64,000 nucleotides of DNA from Planctomycetota bacterium (GTDB lineage: Bacteria; Planctomycetota; UBA1135; UBA2386). The translations under genes and the position numbers were made by a program. Positions 1-8,764 of this stretch are shown here, piece by piece (position 1 is the first letter of the stretch; each line of letters begins with the position of its first letter). The stretch lies in NCBI GenBank assembly GCA_019636245.1, contig JAHBXX010000002.1, positions 98,586-162,585 on the forward strand, in the 5' to 3' direction. Under the pieces are notes generated by a model. It made no database searches. It was not told the DNA's origin and saw only the letters and a program-made list of their open reading frames with translations.

Positions 1-237
1 GCCGACGACTTCCGCCGTGCCCAGCTCGCGCTGGCGAAGGCCTCGGTGCTCGACGCCACCAGCGGCGAGGCCAGCGCCAAGGCCAACTACTACCTGGGTC
101 GCTGCATGCTGGCGCTGGGTCCGGAGCGCGAGGGCGATGCGTTCAAGACGCGCGCCAACGCCTACTTCCAGGCCGTGATCTCTGGCTATCCGGCGTCGCC
201 CTGGGCGGCCGCCGCAAAGGCCGAACTGGCCAAGTGA
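1..237 (+). CDS. TPR-like protein, C-terminal fragment (gene begins upstream of window); YbgF/CpoB-like tail
   Basis: Frame 1 is open from base 1 to TGA at 235-237. The tail ...ANYYLGRCMLALG...AYFQAVISGYPASPWAAAAKAELAK resembles the last TPR of Tol-Pal-associated YbgF-type proteins. GC3 is high. Confidence 0.5.
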   Translation, partial: ADDFRRAQLALAKASVLDATSGEASAKANYYLGRCMLALGPEREGDAFKTRANAYFQAVISGYPASPWAAAAKAELAK

Positions 238-359
238 ACAACTTTCTCGGCTGGCCCCTTCCCCCCCCCAGCACCGTCCCGCAGACTTCCCCGCCCCTCT
301 CCCGAAGAGCCCCTCTCCCTCCATCACCCGAAGAGCCAAGCCCAGGCTTCCCCCGCTCC

Positions 360-1082
360 ATGATCCGCGTCCAAGTGCCCTTCGTCCGTCTCCTGGCTGT
401 CGCCGCCCCGCTGCTGCTCGCCACCTCCCTGCTGGCGCAAGAGGCCAAGGGCGGAGGCGGCGAGAGTGCGATCGCCGAGGTCTTCGCCTACCGGAACGCC
501 GGCCTGATCGGCTACCTGATCATCGTCATGTCGGTGGTCGCGCTGGCGCTGATCATCGAGAACTTCATGACGATCAAGCGCGAGAAGCTGGCGCCGCCGG
601 ACCTGCTCGGCGAACTGGAGGCGCTGTTCGACGGCGAGAACTTCCAGGAGGCCGTCGAGCTGTGCGAGCAGGAGAAGAACTACCTGACCAACTGCGTCGG
701 CGCCGGCCTGTCGAAGCTAGGCCACTCGTTCGAGACGATGCAGATCGCGCTGCGCGAGATGCAGACCGAGGAGTCGGTCAAGCTGTTCCAGAAGGTCGGC
801 TGGCTGTCGCTGATCTCCGCCATCGCCCCGATGATGGGACTGTTCGGCACGGTGACGGGCATGTTCGTCACCTTCAGCACGATCGCGGCTTCGGGCGGCT
901 CGGTCAGCCCGGCGACGCTCGCCGGCGGCATCAAGATGGCGCTGATCACCACGATCTTCGGCCTTTCGGTCGCGATCCCGGTCGGCGTGGCGTTCTTCAC
1001 CCTGCGCAACCGGGTGATCAGGACGTCGACGGAGATCAACGCCATCACCGAGGACATGTTCGAGCGCTTCCGCGGCAAGTGA
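360..1082 (+). CDS. exbB: MotA/TolQ/ExbB-family proton channel
   Basis: Track ORF 234..1082 trimmed to ATG 360 (MIRVQVPFVRLLAVAAPLLLATSLLAQ, signal-like). The C-terminal half, PMMGLFGTVTGMF...GGIKMALITTIFGLSVAIPVGVAFFTL, is the typical ExbB/TolQ TM2-TM3 core. Confidence 0.88.
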   Translation: MIRVQVPFVRLLAVAAPLLLATSLLAQEAKGGGGESAIAEVFAYRNAGLIGYLIIVMSVVALALIIENFMTIKREKLAPPDLLGELEALFDGENFQEAVELCEQEKNYLTNCVGAGLSKLGHSFETMQIALREMQTEESVKLFQKVGWLSLISAIAPMMGLFGTVTGMFVTFSTIAASGGSVSPATLAGGIKMALITTIFGLSVAIPVGVAFFTLRNRVIRTSTEINAITEDMFERFRGK

Positions 1083-1186
1083 ACGGCGGCGACCGCCCGC
1101 TCGTTCCCCCCGCTGACGCGCAGCCTCCCGCCTGAAGTCGCCCGGATCGCCCAGCCGCCGGGGATCCCACCGCACCGAGACCGCCG

Positions 1187-1714
1187 ATGGACCTCCAGAA
1201 AATAGTCAAGCAGAACGTCGAGATGGACATGACGCCCATGATCGACTGCGTGTTCCTGCTGATGATCTTCTTCGTGCTGGTCATCGACCTGAGCCAGAAG
1301 AACCTCGAGGACCTGATCCTGCCCCGCGCCGAGTACCAGGAGCCAGACGACCAGCCGCCCGAGAACCGGCCGATCATCAACGTGCTGCAGAGCGGGGCGG
1401 TCGTCTACGAGCAGAACGTCGTCTACGACCCCACGGTGCACGGCAAGAACTACGCGCCGATCAAGCAGCTGCTGCTCGACATCCGCCGGCAGGGCCTGCT
1501 CACCGGCCGGTTGAAGCTCAAGGAGGAGAAGGTCGGCAGCAAGATGGTGCCGCTGATCGACGATCCGATCCTGATCCGCGCCGACAAGTGGACCGAGTGG
1601 CACTACATCGGCGAGATCATGAAGCAGTGCAGCCAGCCGGACATCGCCTTCTGGAAGGTCGAGCTGGCGATGTCGGAGCAGGACAAGGAGAACCCGAAGA
1701 AGAGGACCCCGTGA
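1187..1714 (+). CDS. exbD: ExbD/TolR-family biopolymer transport protein (copy 1)
   Basis: The N-terminus, VEMDMTPMIDCVFLLMIFFVLV, is the ExbD/TolR signature TM segment with the conserved Asp. It follows exbB on the same strand. Confidence 0.88.
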   Translation: MDLQKIVKQNVEMDMTPMIDCVFLLMIFFVLVIDLSQKNLEDLILPRAEYQEPDDQPPENRPIINVLQSGAVVYEQNVVYDPTVHGKNYAPIKQLLLDIRRQGLLTGRLKLKEEKVGSKMVPLIDDPILIRADKWTEWHYIGEIMKQCSQPDIAFWKVELAMSEQDKENPKKRTP

Positions 1715-2256
1715 CCGCACTCGACGACGCCCAGGAAGAGGCCAAGGGCGACATGACGCCGATGATCGACGTCGTGTTCCTGATGATCATCTTCTTCATC
1801 TGCATCGACTTCAAAGTGCTCGAGTCGAAGCTGCCCGCCTACCTGCCGAAGGACAAGGGCAGCCAATCCGACGTGGTCGAGCCGCAGGAGCAGCTCTCGG
1901 TCAAGATCCACGTCGAGAGCGCCGGCACGCCGATCTACCCCGAGGGGGTGACGGCCGGCACGATCAGCCCGAACGGGCGCCCCTACCGGTTCAAGCTGGA
2001 GGGGCACCGGGTCAAGTGGGAGGTCGGGCCGAAGCCGCTCTACAACCTCGCGGACGTGCAGAAGGAGCTGGTGCGCATCGCCCAGGATCCGGCCAGCCAG
2101 GTGCCCGACAAGGAAACCGGCGGCAAGAAGCTGATGACCTGCGTGATCGAGGCCTACCCGGGGACCTACTACGAGGACGTGGCGCGGACCACCGACGCCT
2201 GCAACGCGGCGGGCTTCAAGGAGATCAACTTCGGCGGCGGCCTGGGCGCCAAGTAG
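1711..2256 (+). CDS. exbD: ExbD/TolR-family biopolymer transport protein (copy 2)
   Basis: GTG 1711 overlaps the TGA of copy 1 (GTGA). GDMTPMIDVVFLMIIFFICI is the ExbD signature. The track ORF start at 1588 would overlap copy 1 by 127 nt, so I trimmed it. Confidence 0.82.
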   Translation: MTALDDAQEEAKGDMTPMIDVVFLMIIFFICIDFKVLESKLPAYLPKDKGSQSDVVEPQEQLSVKIHVESAGTPIYPEGVTAGTISPNGRPYRFKLEGHRVKWEVGPKPLYNLADVQKELVRIAQDPASQVPDKETGGKKLMTCVIEAYPGTYYEDVARTTDACNAAGFKEINFGGGLGAK

Positions 2257-2640
2257 CCGTTTCGGCGGCCTCGGACACGACGGCCCGCGGGCGCCCCGGC
2301 GCTGCGCGGGCCGCGTTCGTTTCCGGGGCTTCGACCGACCGCCGGGACCCGCCCGGACGGCCACTCGCGGGCTTGGCCGGGCGAGAAAAAGGCACTGGCA
2401 CAAGGGTCCTGGCGTGGCTACCTTGCGCCACCCTGCCGGCTCCCGAGCGGGTCCGGCAGGTCCCCGTCCGACCACGTGTCGACAGCAAGTCCCTCTCGAC
2501 CGGCCTCGACTCCGATCGCCCCTCGGATCGGCGGCAGTGCCCTCCTGCTGCGTCGTCAGCCGTTCGCTTGCCGCCGTCACTGACAGAGTTCCGCGTCTGC
2601 GGCGCTCCCCTGCAATCTCGTACGCATCGAGCGTGAACCG

Positions 2641-5181
2641 ATGGCACTCGAACACCCGCGCCTTCTCGCTGCTTCCCTCACCGCGGCCGTTCTCGGCAGT
2701 TCCTGCTCGACTCCGCCGGAGTCGACGACTGGCACCTCGCCCGAGGATGCGCGCACCGGCGATGGCACCGCCCAGGATCCGAAGGCCGGCACGATCGAGG
2801 ATCGCGTCCGCCAGGAACGCCGGGACGCCCTGGTCGCCAACTACCTGGTGACGGCGCAGAACCTGCGCGCGAACGGCAACCTCGAGGCGGCGAAGCGCGA
2901 ACTGCTGAAGGCCAAGGAACTGGCGCCGGGCAACGACGAGGTGCGCACGCTGCTGGCCTCGGTGCAGGCGGAACTCGGCGAGCCCGCCGGCCGCGTCGTC
3001 ACCTACGGCGAGGAGCAGATGCGCCTGCGCCAGATCGGCGAGGAGCGCGCCCGCGCCTCGGTGGCGATGCAGTTGCAGACCGCACGCCAGGCGATGGCGG
3101 CCAAGAACTACGCCGGCGCGCTCGAGGAACTGCGCCTCGCCGGGCTGGCGATCCAGCTCAAGGAGGACTGCGACTGGGGCTCCCTGCCGCAGGACGTCGA
3201 GAGCACGCGCGTCGAGGCCGAACGCCTCTACGACCAGCAGCAGCGCGAGAGCCAGGCCCGCGTCAACGCCGAACTGGCCGAGCGCCTGCGGCAGGAGAAC
3301 GCCGAGATGGAGGCCCGCCGCCGGGCCCAGGTCGATGGCCTGATCCAGGAGTCGCAACGCGCCTTCGAGAGGCGGGCCTTCGGCCACGCGCAGGAGCTGG
3401 CGCAGCGCGCGCTGCAGCTCGAGCCGCAGAACATGATCGCCTTCGAGCTGCGCAGCGCCGCCGTCAAGGCCGGCCGCGACGGCGTCACCCAGGACTACTA
3501 CGAGCAGCGCGCCCGCTCCCTGCGGGCGATGATCGAAGCCGACGAGGACCTGAAGGTGCCGCAGACGGCGATCCTCGAGCTCGACATGGCGACCTGGGAA
3601 CGCGCCAGCGGCCGCGCGGCGCGCAATGCCGTCGCCAAGGCCCTCGACCCGCAGGACCAGGCCGTCTGGGACAAGGTCCGCACCGAGCAGGTCGGCAAGC
3701 TGACCTACACCGAGGAGACGGGCGACTACCTCGAGGTGGTCAAGAACCTGAACCTGATCACCGGCGTGCAGATCCTGACCACGCCCGAGGCCCGCGAGAT
3801 CATCGGCGCCGAGAGCCTCAAGGTCGTCATCGAGCTGGTTGGCTCCGTGACGCTCGAGAACTTCCTGAACCACATGGTCGGCGCCAGCGCGGGCCTCGCC
3901 TGGACGGTGCGCAACGGCGTGGTCGTGATCGGCAACCGCTCGCAGGCGGCCGGCACCATCGTCAGCGACATCTATCCGGTGAAGGACCTGGTGTTCAAGC
4001 GGACCCAGTTCCTGCCGCCGCGCATCAACCTGATCCCCGGCGAGAGCTCGGACGACACGCCGCGCACGGGCAGCGAGGGCGAAGACCCGGTCGCCGGCAT
4101 CGAACTCGGCGACCTGGTCAACAACCTGAAGGAAGCCACCGACCCGAAGTACTGGGAGCAGGAGGGCGTGGCGATCAACGCCGAGGACACCGGGCTGCTG
4201 TCGGTGCAGGCCAGCCCGGAGATGCACGCCAAGATCAAGCAGGTGCTCGACGACATGCGCCGCTTCGCGACGCCGATCGTCACCATCGATTCGAAGTTCC
4301 TGACCATCTCGCGCAACTTCCTCAGCGAGATCGGCATCGACTTCCGCGGCCTCGGCGGGTCCGGCAACAAGGGGACCGTCGCCACCCTCGACGACGTCAC
4401 CAACGGCCTGCAGAACAACGCGTCGCGCGGGCTCGACAACGGCGGCACCGGCGACCCGGCGGCCAACCCGCTCTCCGGCGCGTTCTTCAACGACGGCGCC
4501 GATGGCGACATCCGGGCCCGCACCGAGAACTACTTCGTCAACGATCTCGGTCGCGTGCTGAGCCCGAACGGCGGCCTCACCGCCGGCTGGACCCTGATCG
4601 ACGATACGCAGCTCAACATGATCCTGCGCGCCGTCGAGAAGCGGCAGGACGCCGAGATCATGAACAGCCAGATCCTGTCCGTGCTGAACCGCGAACGCGG
4701 CCACGTGGCGGTGATCAACCAGACGGCCTACGTGCGCGACTTCGACGTCGAGGTCGCCCAGGCGGCCTTCATCGCCGATCCCAAGGTCGACGTGATCCAG
4801 GACGGCATCGTGCTGGACGTGACGCCGGTCATCCACCACGACCGCAAGTACATCACCCTGAACCTGAACCCGACGGTCGCCGAGCTGCAGCGGCCGATCC
4901 CCACGTTCACGACCTCGCTCGCCGGCTCGACGCTGCCGGTCACGCTGCAGTTGCCGAACCTGACGGTGACGAACTTCGCCACCACGGCGAAGGTGCCGGA
5001 TGGCGGCACGGTGCTGATCGGCGGACTCCGCCAGGTGCTGACCCGGGAGCGGCGGGCCGAGGTGCCGGTGCTGGCGCGGCTGCCGCTGATCTCGTTCCTG
5101 TTCAAGCAGGAAGGCACCGCCGACGAGAACCGCAGCCTGATGGTGATGGTGCGCGCGCACATCACCGACGTGCGGCGCTGA
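2641..5181 (+). CDS. Secretin-domain outer-membrane protein (GspD/PilQ superfamily) with N-terminal lipoprotein-like signal, TPR/coiled-coil region and STN-like module
   Basis: The C-terminal part carries secretin hallmarks: IVLDVTPVIHHDRKYITLNLNPTVAEL, VPDGGTVLIGGL...RRAEVPVLARLPLISFLFK, SLMVMVRAHI. The N-terminus AAVLGSSCS is lipobox-like. The first ~300 aa are TPR-like helices. VIELVGSVTLENFLNHMVGASAGLAWTVRNGVVVIG resembles an STN module. Confidence 0.85.
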   Translation: MALEHPRLLAASLTAAVLGSSCSTPPESTTGTSPEDARTGDGTAQDPKAGTIEDRVRQERRDALVANYLVTAQNLRANGNLEAAKRELLKAKELAPGNDEVRTLLASVQAELGEPAGRVVTYGEEQMRLRQIGEERARASVAMQLQTARQAMAAKNYAGALEELRLAGLAIQLKEDCDWGSLPQDVESTRVEAERLYDQQQRESQARVNAELAERLRQENAEMEARRRAQVDGLIQESQRAFERRAFGHAQELAQRALQLEPQNMIAFELRSAAVKAGRDGVTQDYYEQRARSLRAMIEADEDLKVPQTAILELDMATWERASGRAARNAVAKALDPQDQAVWDKVRTEQVGKLTYTEETGDYLEVVKNLNLITGVQILTTPEAREIIGAESLKVVIELVGSVTLENFLNHMVGASAGLAWTVRNGVVVIGNRSQAAGTIVSDIYPVKDLVFKRTQFLPPRINLIPGESSDDTPRTGSEGEDPVAGIELGDLVNNLKEATDPKYWEQEGVAINAEDTGLLSVQASPEMHAKIKQVLDDMRRFATPIVTIDSKFLTISRNFLSEIGIDFRGLGGSGNKGTVATLDDVTNGLQNNASRGLDNGGTGDPAANPLSGAFFNDGADGDIRARTENYFVNDLGRVLSPNGGLTAGWTLIDDTQLNMILRAVEKRQDAEIMNSQILSVLNRERGHVAVINQTAYVRDFDVEVAQAAFIADPKVDVIQDGIVLDVTPVIHHDRKYITLNLNPTVAELQRPIPTFTTSLAGSTLPVTLQLPNLTVTNFATTAKVPDGGTVLIGGLRQVLTRERRAEVPVLARLPLISFLFKQEGTADENRSLMVMVRAHITDVRR

Positions 5182-5308
5182 CGGCCGCCGCCGGCCGACC
5201 CCCTGCAGCCGCGCTGGCGGGGCACCGATCGCAGCCGGCGTCCTCCCGCCGGCCATCGGCCGGCATCGCCCCTTGCCCGGCCCCGGCCGTTGCGCGACAA
5301 CTGGTCGC

Positions 5309-6031
5309 GTGACCAGGCTGCTGGACGCGATCTTCTTCGACATCGACGACACGCTGTTCTCGACGTCCGTTTTCGCCGAGAAGGCGCGGCGCAGCGCCGT
5401 CGAGGCGATGATCGCCGCCGGCCTGCGCGCCGACCGCGACGCGGCGATGCGGGAACTCGACGAGGTGATCGCCGAGTTCTCGAGCAACTACGGCGGCCAC
5501 TTCGACAAGGTCCTCGACCGGCTCGGGCCCGAGTCCACTGGCGGCCACAACCGGGCCGTGATCGTCGCGGCCGGCGTCGCCGCCTACCACGAGACGAAGT
5601 GGCGTGAACTCAAGGTCCACGACGACGTCTACGAGGTCCTGCAGTGGCTCTCGCGCACCCCGCTGGTGCGCGGCGTGATCTCGGCCGGCATCACCATCAA
5701 GCAGGCGGAGAAGCTGGTGCGCCTGGGCGTGCTCGGCTTCCTGACCCCGTCGGCGATCTTCTTCACCGACCAGGTCGGCTTCAGCAAGCCCAACCCCAAG
5801 CTCTACCGCCGGGTCCTGCAGCGCCTGTCCCTGCCGCCCCAGCGCTGCCTCTACGTCGGCGACAACCCGACCCACGACATCGACCCCTGCAACGCGGAAG
5901 GCTGGTGGACGGCGCGCATCCGCCGCGGCGGTCGCCACGCCGACGAGAAGGGCATGACCCAGCCAAGCCACGAGATCCGCGACTTCCACGAACTGCGGAC
6001 CATCCTGCAGCAGCACTACGGCGTGGCCTGA
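5309..6031 (+). CDS. HAD-superfamily hydrolase
   Basis: Motif I is FFDIDDTLF, with SAG...K and a C-terminal YVGDNPTHDI (motif IV). The track start 5273 is a TTG; GTG 5309 places DxDxT about 11 residues from the N-terminus, as usual for HAD enzymes. Confidence 0.82.
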   Translation: MTRLLDAIFFDIDDTLFSTSVFAEKARRSAVEAMIAAGLRADRDAAMRELDEVIAEFSSNYGGHFDKVLDRLGPESTGGHNRAVIVAAGVAAYHETKWRELKVHDDVYEVLQWLSRTPLVRGVISAGITIKQAEKLVRLGVLGFLTPSAIFFTDQVGFSKPNPKLYRRVLQRLSLPPQRCLYVGDNPTHDIDPCNAEGWWTARIRRGGRHADEKGMTQPSHEIRDFHELRTILQQHYGVA

Positions 6032-6040
6032 GCCGCTCCC

Positions 6041-6091
6041 GCGCGCACGAAGCGCGCTCGGCCGAGGTGCCGGCCGTTGGTCCCGGCCGGC
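6041..6091. terminator. Two GC-rich hairpins between convergent genes (possible bidirectional terminator)
   Basis: First hairpin: GCGCGC-ACGAA-GCGCGC (6041-6057). Second: GCCGGCC-N9-GGCCGGC (6069-6091). They lie between the HAD stop (6031) and the actin-gene stop (6104). There is no U-tract, so this is weak. Confidence 0.25.
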
Positions 6092-6103
6092 GCTGCCCGC
6101 ACC

Positions 6104-7177
6104 CTACTTGAGCTGCTCCCAGAAGTCGGCGGGCATGTCGTGGGCGATCTTGAGCGCGCCATTGGCGCCGCCGTAGACCGGCTCCTCGATGCGGATCACC
6201 TTGCCGCCGCCCAGCCGCTCCTTCATCGCCTTCTCGACCGCGGTGTCGAGACCCTTGACCATCGAGCCGCCGCCCGCCAGCAGCACGCGGTTCTTCAGCT
6301 TGGTCTGGAACTGCGGGTCGAACGAGGCGATCAGCTTGTGGATGCCCTTGAGGATCGGGTCGATCAGGATCGCGCAGGCGCCGCGGATCTGCTCGGTCAG
6401 GTCGAACGGCGTCGGCTTGCCGTCGACCGGCAACTCGACGATGCAGCGTTCGGACGGATCGCCGACGAAGCCGTAGCGCTCCTTGATCTCCTTGACCATG
6501 TGGATCGTGAACTGGGCGCCGGGGCAGGTCTCGGCGATGCGCCGCGCGAGTTCCTCGTCGACCGCGTCGCCGGCGATGTCGAACATCACCTGGTCGGTCT
6601 CCTCGGGCATCGTGCCGTGCATGCGGCAGAGGTCGGTCGTGCCGGCACCGATGTCGATCACCAGCACGTCCTCGAGCCAGTCGAGGCCGTAGGCGACCGA
6701 GAACGGCTCGCTGCACAGCATCACCGAGTCGACGTGCGCGCGAGCCGCCTCGATGATCGCCTCGCGATTCTTGACCGACGCTTCGGCGGGCGCCCCGATC
6801 ACGCAGTAGATCAGCTCGTCCTTGCGCGGACGCGCGAGCCGGATCGCCTCGCCGATCAGGTCCTGGGCGGCCTTCAGGTTGGCCTTCGCCTCGGCGTCCT
6901 TGGCGGCGTCGCCGGTGTACTTCAGCACCCCCTTCTCGAGCGGCTTGTAGAGCTTCAGCGACAGGCGCTTGTCCAGCGCCTCCTTGCCGAACAGCACGTC
7001 CTTCTTCAGCAGCTTCATGCTGACGACGTCCTTCGGGTAGCCGACCATGGAGTAGACCGTTTCGCGCACGCCATTGCTGGCCGACACGGAGGTCCGGGAG
7101 GTGCCTAGGTCCATGCCGATGTAGAGCACACCGTGGTCCTTCTTCGGCGCTTCGGGCGTCTGCTTCGTCTCGCTCAT
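6104..7177 (-). CDS. MamK-family actin-like ATPase
   Basis: It resembles MamK as I recall it along the full length: YIGMDLGTS (phosphate 1), MVGYPKDV, VLVIDIGAGTTDLC (phosphate 2), LLAGGGS (adenosine), C-terminal PADFWEQL (MamK PPQYWRQL). A purine-rich GAGAGAAG lies upstream of the ATG. Confidence 0.85.
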   Translation of the reverse strand: MSETKQTPEAPKKDHGVLYIGMDLGTSRTSVSASNGVRETVYSMVGYPKDVVSMKLLKKDVLFGKEALDKRLSLKLYKPLEKGVLKYTGDAAKDAEAKANLKAAQDLIGEAIRLARPRKDELIYCVIGAPAEASVKNREAIIEAARAHVDSVMLCSEPFSVAYGLDWLEDVLVIDIGAGTTDLCRMHGTMPEETDQVMFDIAGDAVDEELARRIAETCPGAQFTIHMVKEIKERYGFVGDPSERCIVELPVDGKPTPFDLTEQIRGACAILIDPILKGIHKLIASFDPQFQTKLKNRVLLAGGGSMVKGLDTAVEKAMKERLGGGKVIRIEEPVYGGANGALKIAHDMPADFWEQLK

Positions 7178-7202
7178 CGTCTTCTCTCGTTCGGTTTCGG
7201 CG

Positions 7203-7994
7203 TCAGGCCTTCTTCTGCAGCCGCAGGTTGGCCTTGAAGATCTCCGCCATGAGTTCCTTCTTCTTGCCGGCCTGGGTGTCGGCAGGGTCCACGCCCTGCA
7301 CCTCGCGGTAGATCGAGGAAATGCCCCCGTCCAGGCTCTTCATCGCGGCGACCGTCTGCAGGCGCTTCTCGGTCTGGTCCAGCGACTCGTTGAGCTTCTT
7401 GATGCGGCGCTGCAGCGTGCCGACCTCCCGGTCGTGCAGGGCCTTCCTGGCCTCGTCGGCCGACTGCCGCTCGACGGTGACGATGTCCATCACCAGGGCC
7501 ATCACCCGCTCCTCGGCGTCGACGATCGAGGCGCCGCCGGTGGCCGCGAGCGCGCGCAACACGTCGCGCACCTTGGCGGCGATCGCGGCGTTCTCGCCCT
7601 CGTAGCGCGTCGCCATCGCCAGCGCGCCCTCCTCGAGCTTGAGCTCCAGGGCCCGCTGCTGCGCCGACAGGTCGCGGCGCAGCTGGTCGACCTCCTCCTC
7701 GACCAGCTCCTTCTGCCGCTCGATCTCCGTCTTCTGCCGCTGCAGGTCTTCGTTGGTGCGCAGGAGCCGCAGGAACTCGGCCTTGGTCGCATCGGCGACC
7801 GCCTCGCGCTCGACCCCGACCAGGCGCGACTTCAGGCTGCGGTGCACCGCCGCCTCGATCAGCGCGATGATGCGATCGATGCCGAGCACGTTGACCTGCT
7901 GCACGCCCTGCTTCTTCAGGTTGTCCAGCGAGGTGCGGAACGACATCTGCCGCACCGCGTCCTTCAGCGTCTCCTTGAAACCCGCCACGCTCAT
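7203..7994 (-). CDS. Coiled-coil protein of unknown function (basic amphipathic C-terminal tail)
   Basis: 263 aa. There are long charged heptad-like stretches (QRQKTEIERQKELVEEEVDQLRRDLSAQQRALELKLEE; RRIKKLNESLDQTEKRLQ) and a tail MAEIFKANLRLQKKA. The ATG overlaps the upstream stop (ATGA), and the gene ends 25 nt before the actin gene. Confidence 0.7.
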   Translation of the reverse strand: MSVAGFKETLKDAVRQMSFRTSLDNLKKQGVQQVNVLGIDRIIALIEAAVHRSLKSRLVGVEREAVADATKAEFLRLLRTNEDLQRQKTEIERQKELVEEEVDQLRRDLSAQQRALELKLEEGALAMATRYEGENAAIAAKVRDVLRALAATGGASIVDAEERVMALVMDIVTVERQSADEARKALHDREVGTLQRRIKKLNESLDQTEKRLQTVAAMKSLDGGISSIYREVQGVDPADTQAGKKKELMAEIFKANLRLQKKA

Positions 7995-8764
7995 GCCTCC
8001 TCGTCCGAACGTGGTTCGTAGGCGAGGCGGCGGTCGGAATCGGGGTCGTGCCCTCGCAGTTCGGTGACGAAGCTGCCGAGCACGTTCGCGCCCATGTCCT
8101 GCAGGGTGCGCAAGGCCTCGCGGGTCTGCTTCTTCAGCGAGCGCTCCAGGCGTACCACCAGCAGCGTGCCGTCGACGCGCGCCGCGAGCACGCCCGCGTC
8201 GGTCGACGGCAGCACGGGCGGCGTGTCGACGATCACGTACTGGAACCGCTCCTTGAGCCGGTGCAGCAGTTCGTCCAGGCGCGACGAGCTCAGCACCTCG
8301 GCCGGGTTCGCCACCCGGGTCCCCGGCCCCAGCAGCATCAGCTGGCGGTAGCCCGCCGGCCGCAGCACCTTGTCGACCGTGGTGCGGCCGAGCAGGACGT
8401 CGGCGAGCCCCGGCTCCGGGTTCAGGTTCAGGTGCCGCTCGCAGCCGGGGCGGCGCATGTCGGCGTCGACCAGCACGACCTGCTGCCGTTCCAGTTCCGC
8501 CATCGCCATGGCGAGGTTCAGGGCCGAGACCGTCTTGCCTTCGTCCCGGACCGCGGAGGTCACCACCAGCGTCTTCGGCTCCCCGTCGGGGTTCATCGCC
8601 ACGAGGCGGTTCCGCAGCGCCCGCACCTGCTCGGCCCGGTAGCCCGACGGGTCGTGGAAGAGCACCAGGTACGGACTCACGGCCTGGTCGACGATGACGA
8701 CCATGTCCTCGGGCCGATCGGGCATGCGGCCGGCGTCGTTGGCTGGCTTGTGGCGGCGGAACAT
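7991..8764 (-). CDS. CpsD/CapB/Wzc-type (BY-kinase-like) P-loop ATPase, stand-alone cytoplasmic domain
   Basis: Walker A is TSAVRDEGKT, Walker A' VVLVDADMRRP and Walker B YVIVDTPPV. I trimmed the track ORF (to 9160) to ATG 8764 because the upstream 132 codons are Arg/Pro/Ala junk. There is no Tyr cluster at the C-terminus (a single Y in RRLAYEPRSDEEA). Confidence 0.75.
   Translation of the reverse strand: MFRRHKPANDAGRMPDRPEDMVVIVDQAVSPYLVLFHDPSGYRAEQVRALRNRLVAMNPDGEPKTLVVTSAVRDEGKTVSALNLAMAMAELERQQVVLVDADMRRPGCERHLNLNPEPGLADVLLGRTTVDKVLRPAGYRQLMLLGPGTRVANPAEVLSSSRLDELLHRLKERFQYVIVDTPPVLPSTDAGVLAARVDGTLLVVRLERSLKKQTREALRTLQDMGANVLGSFVTELRGHDPDSDRRLAYEPRSDEEA

Noticed and set aside
2257-2275. 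Short hairpin GCCG-UUU-CGGC just after exbD copy 2, considered as a terminator
   Set aside because: The stem has only 4 bp, the loop only 3 nt, and there is no U-tract. This is too weak to report as a feature.
2396-2417. TGGCAC element upstream of the secretin gene, considered as a sigma-54 -24 box
   Set aside because: No TTGC(A/T) -12 element lies at the required 5-nt spacing. The nearby TGGC...TTGC pair is mis-spaced.
6104-8764. Reading the MamK-like gene as part of a magnetosome island, or the BY-kinase-like gene as part of an exopolysaccharide locus
   Set aside because: No other mam/mms-like genes and no Wza/Wzx/Wzy/Wzz or glycosyltransferase genes occur anywhere near. The flanks are housekeeping genes (hutU, HAD hydrolase).
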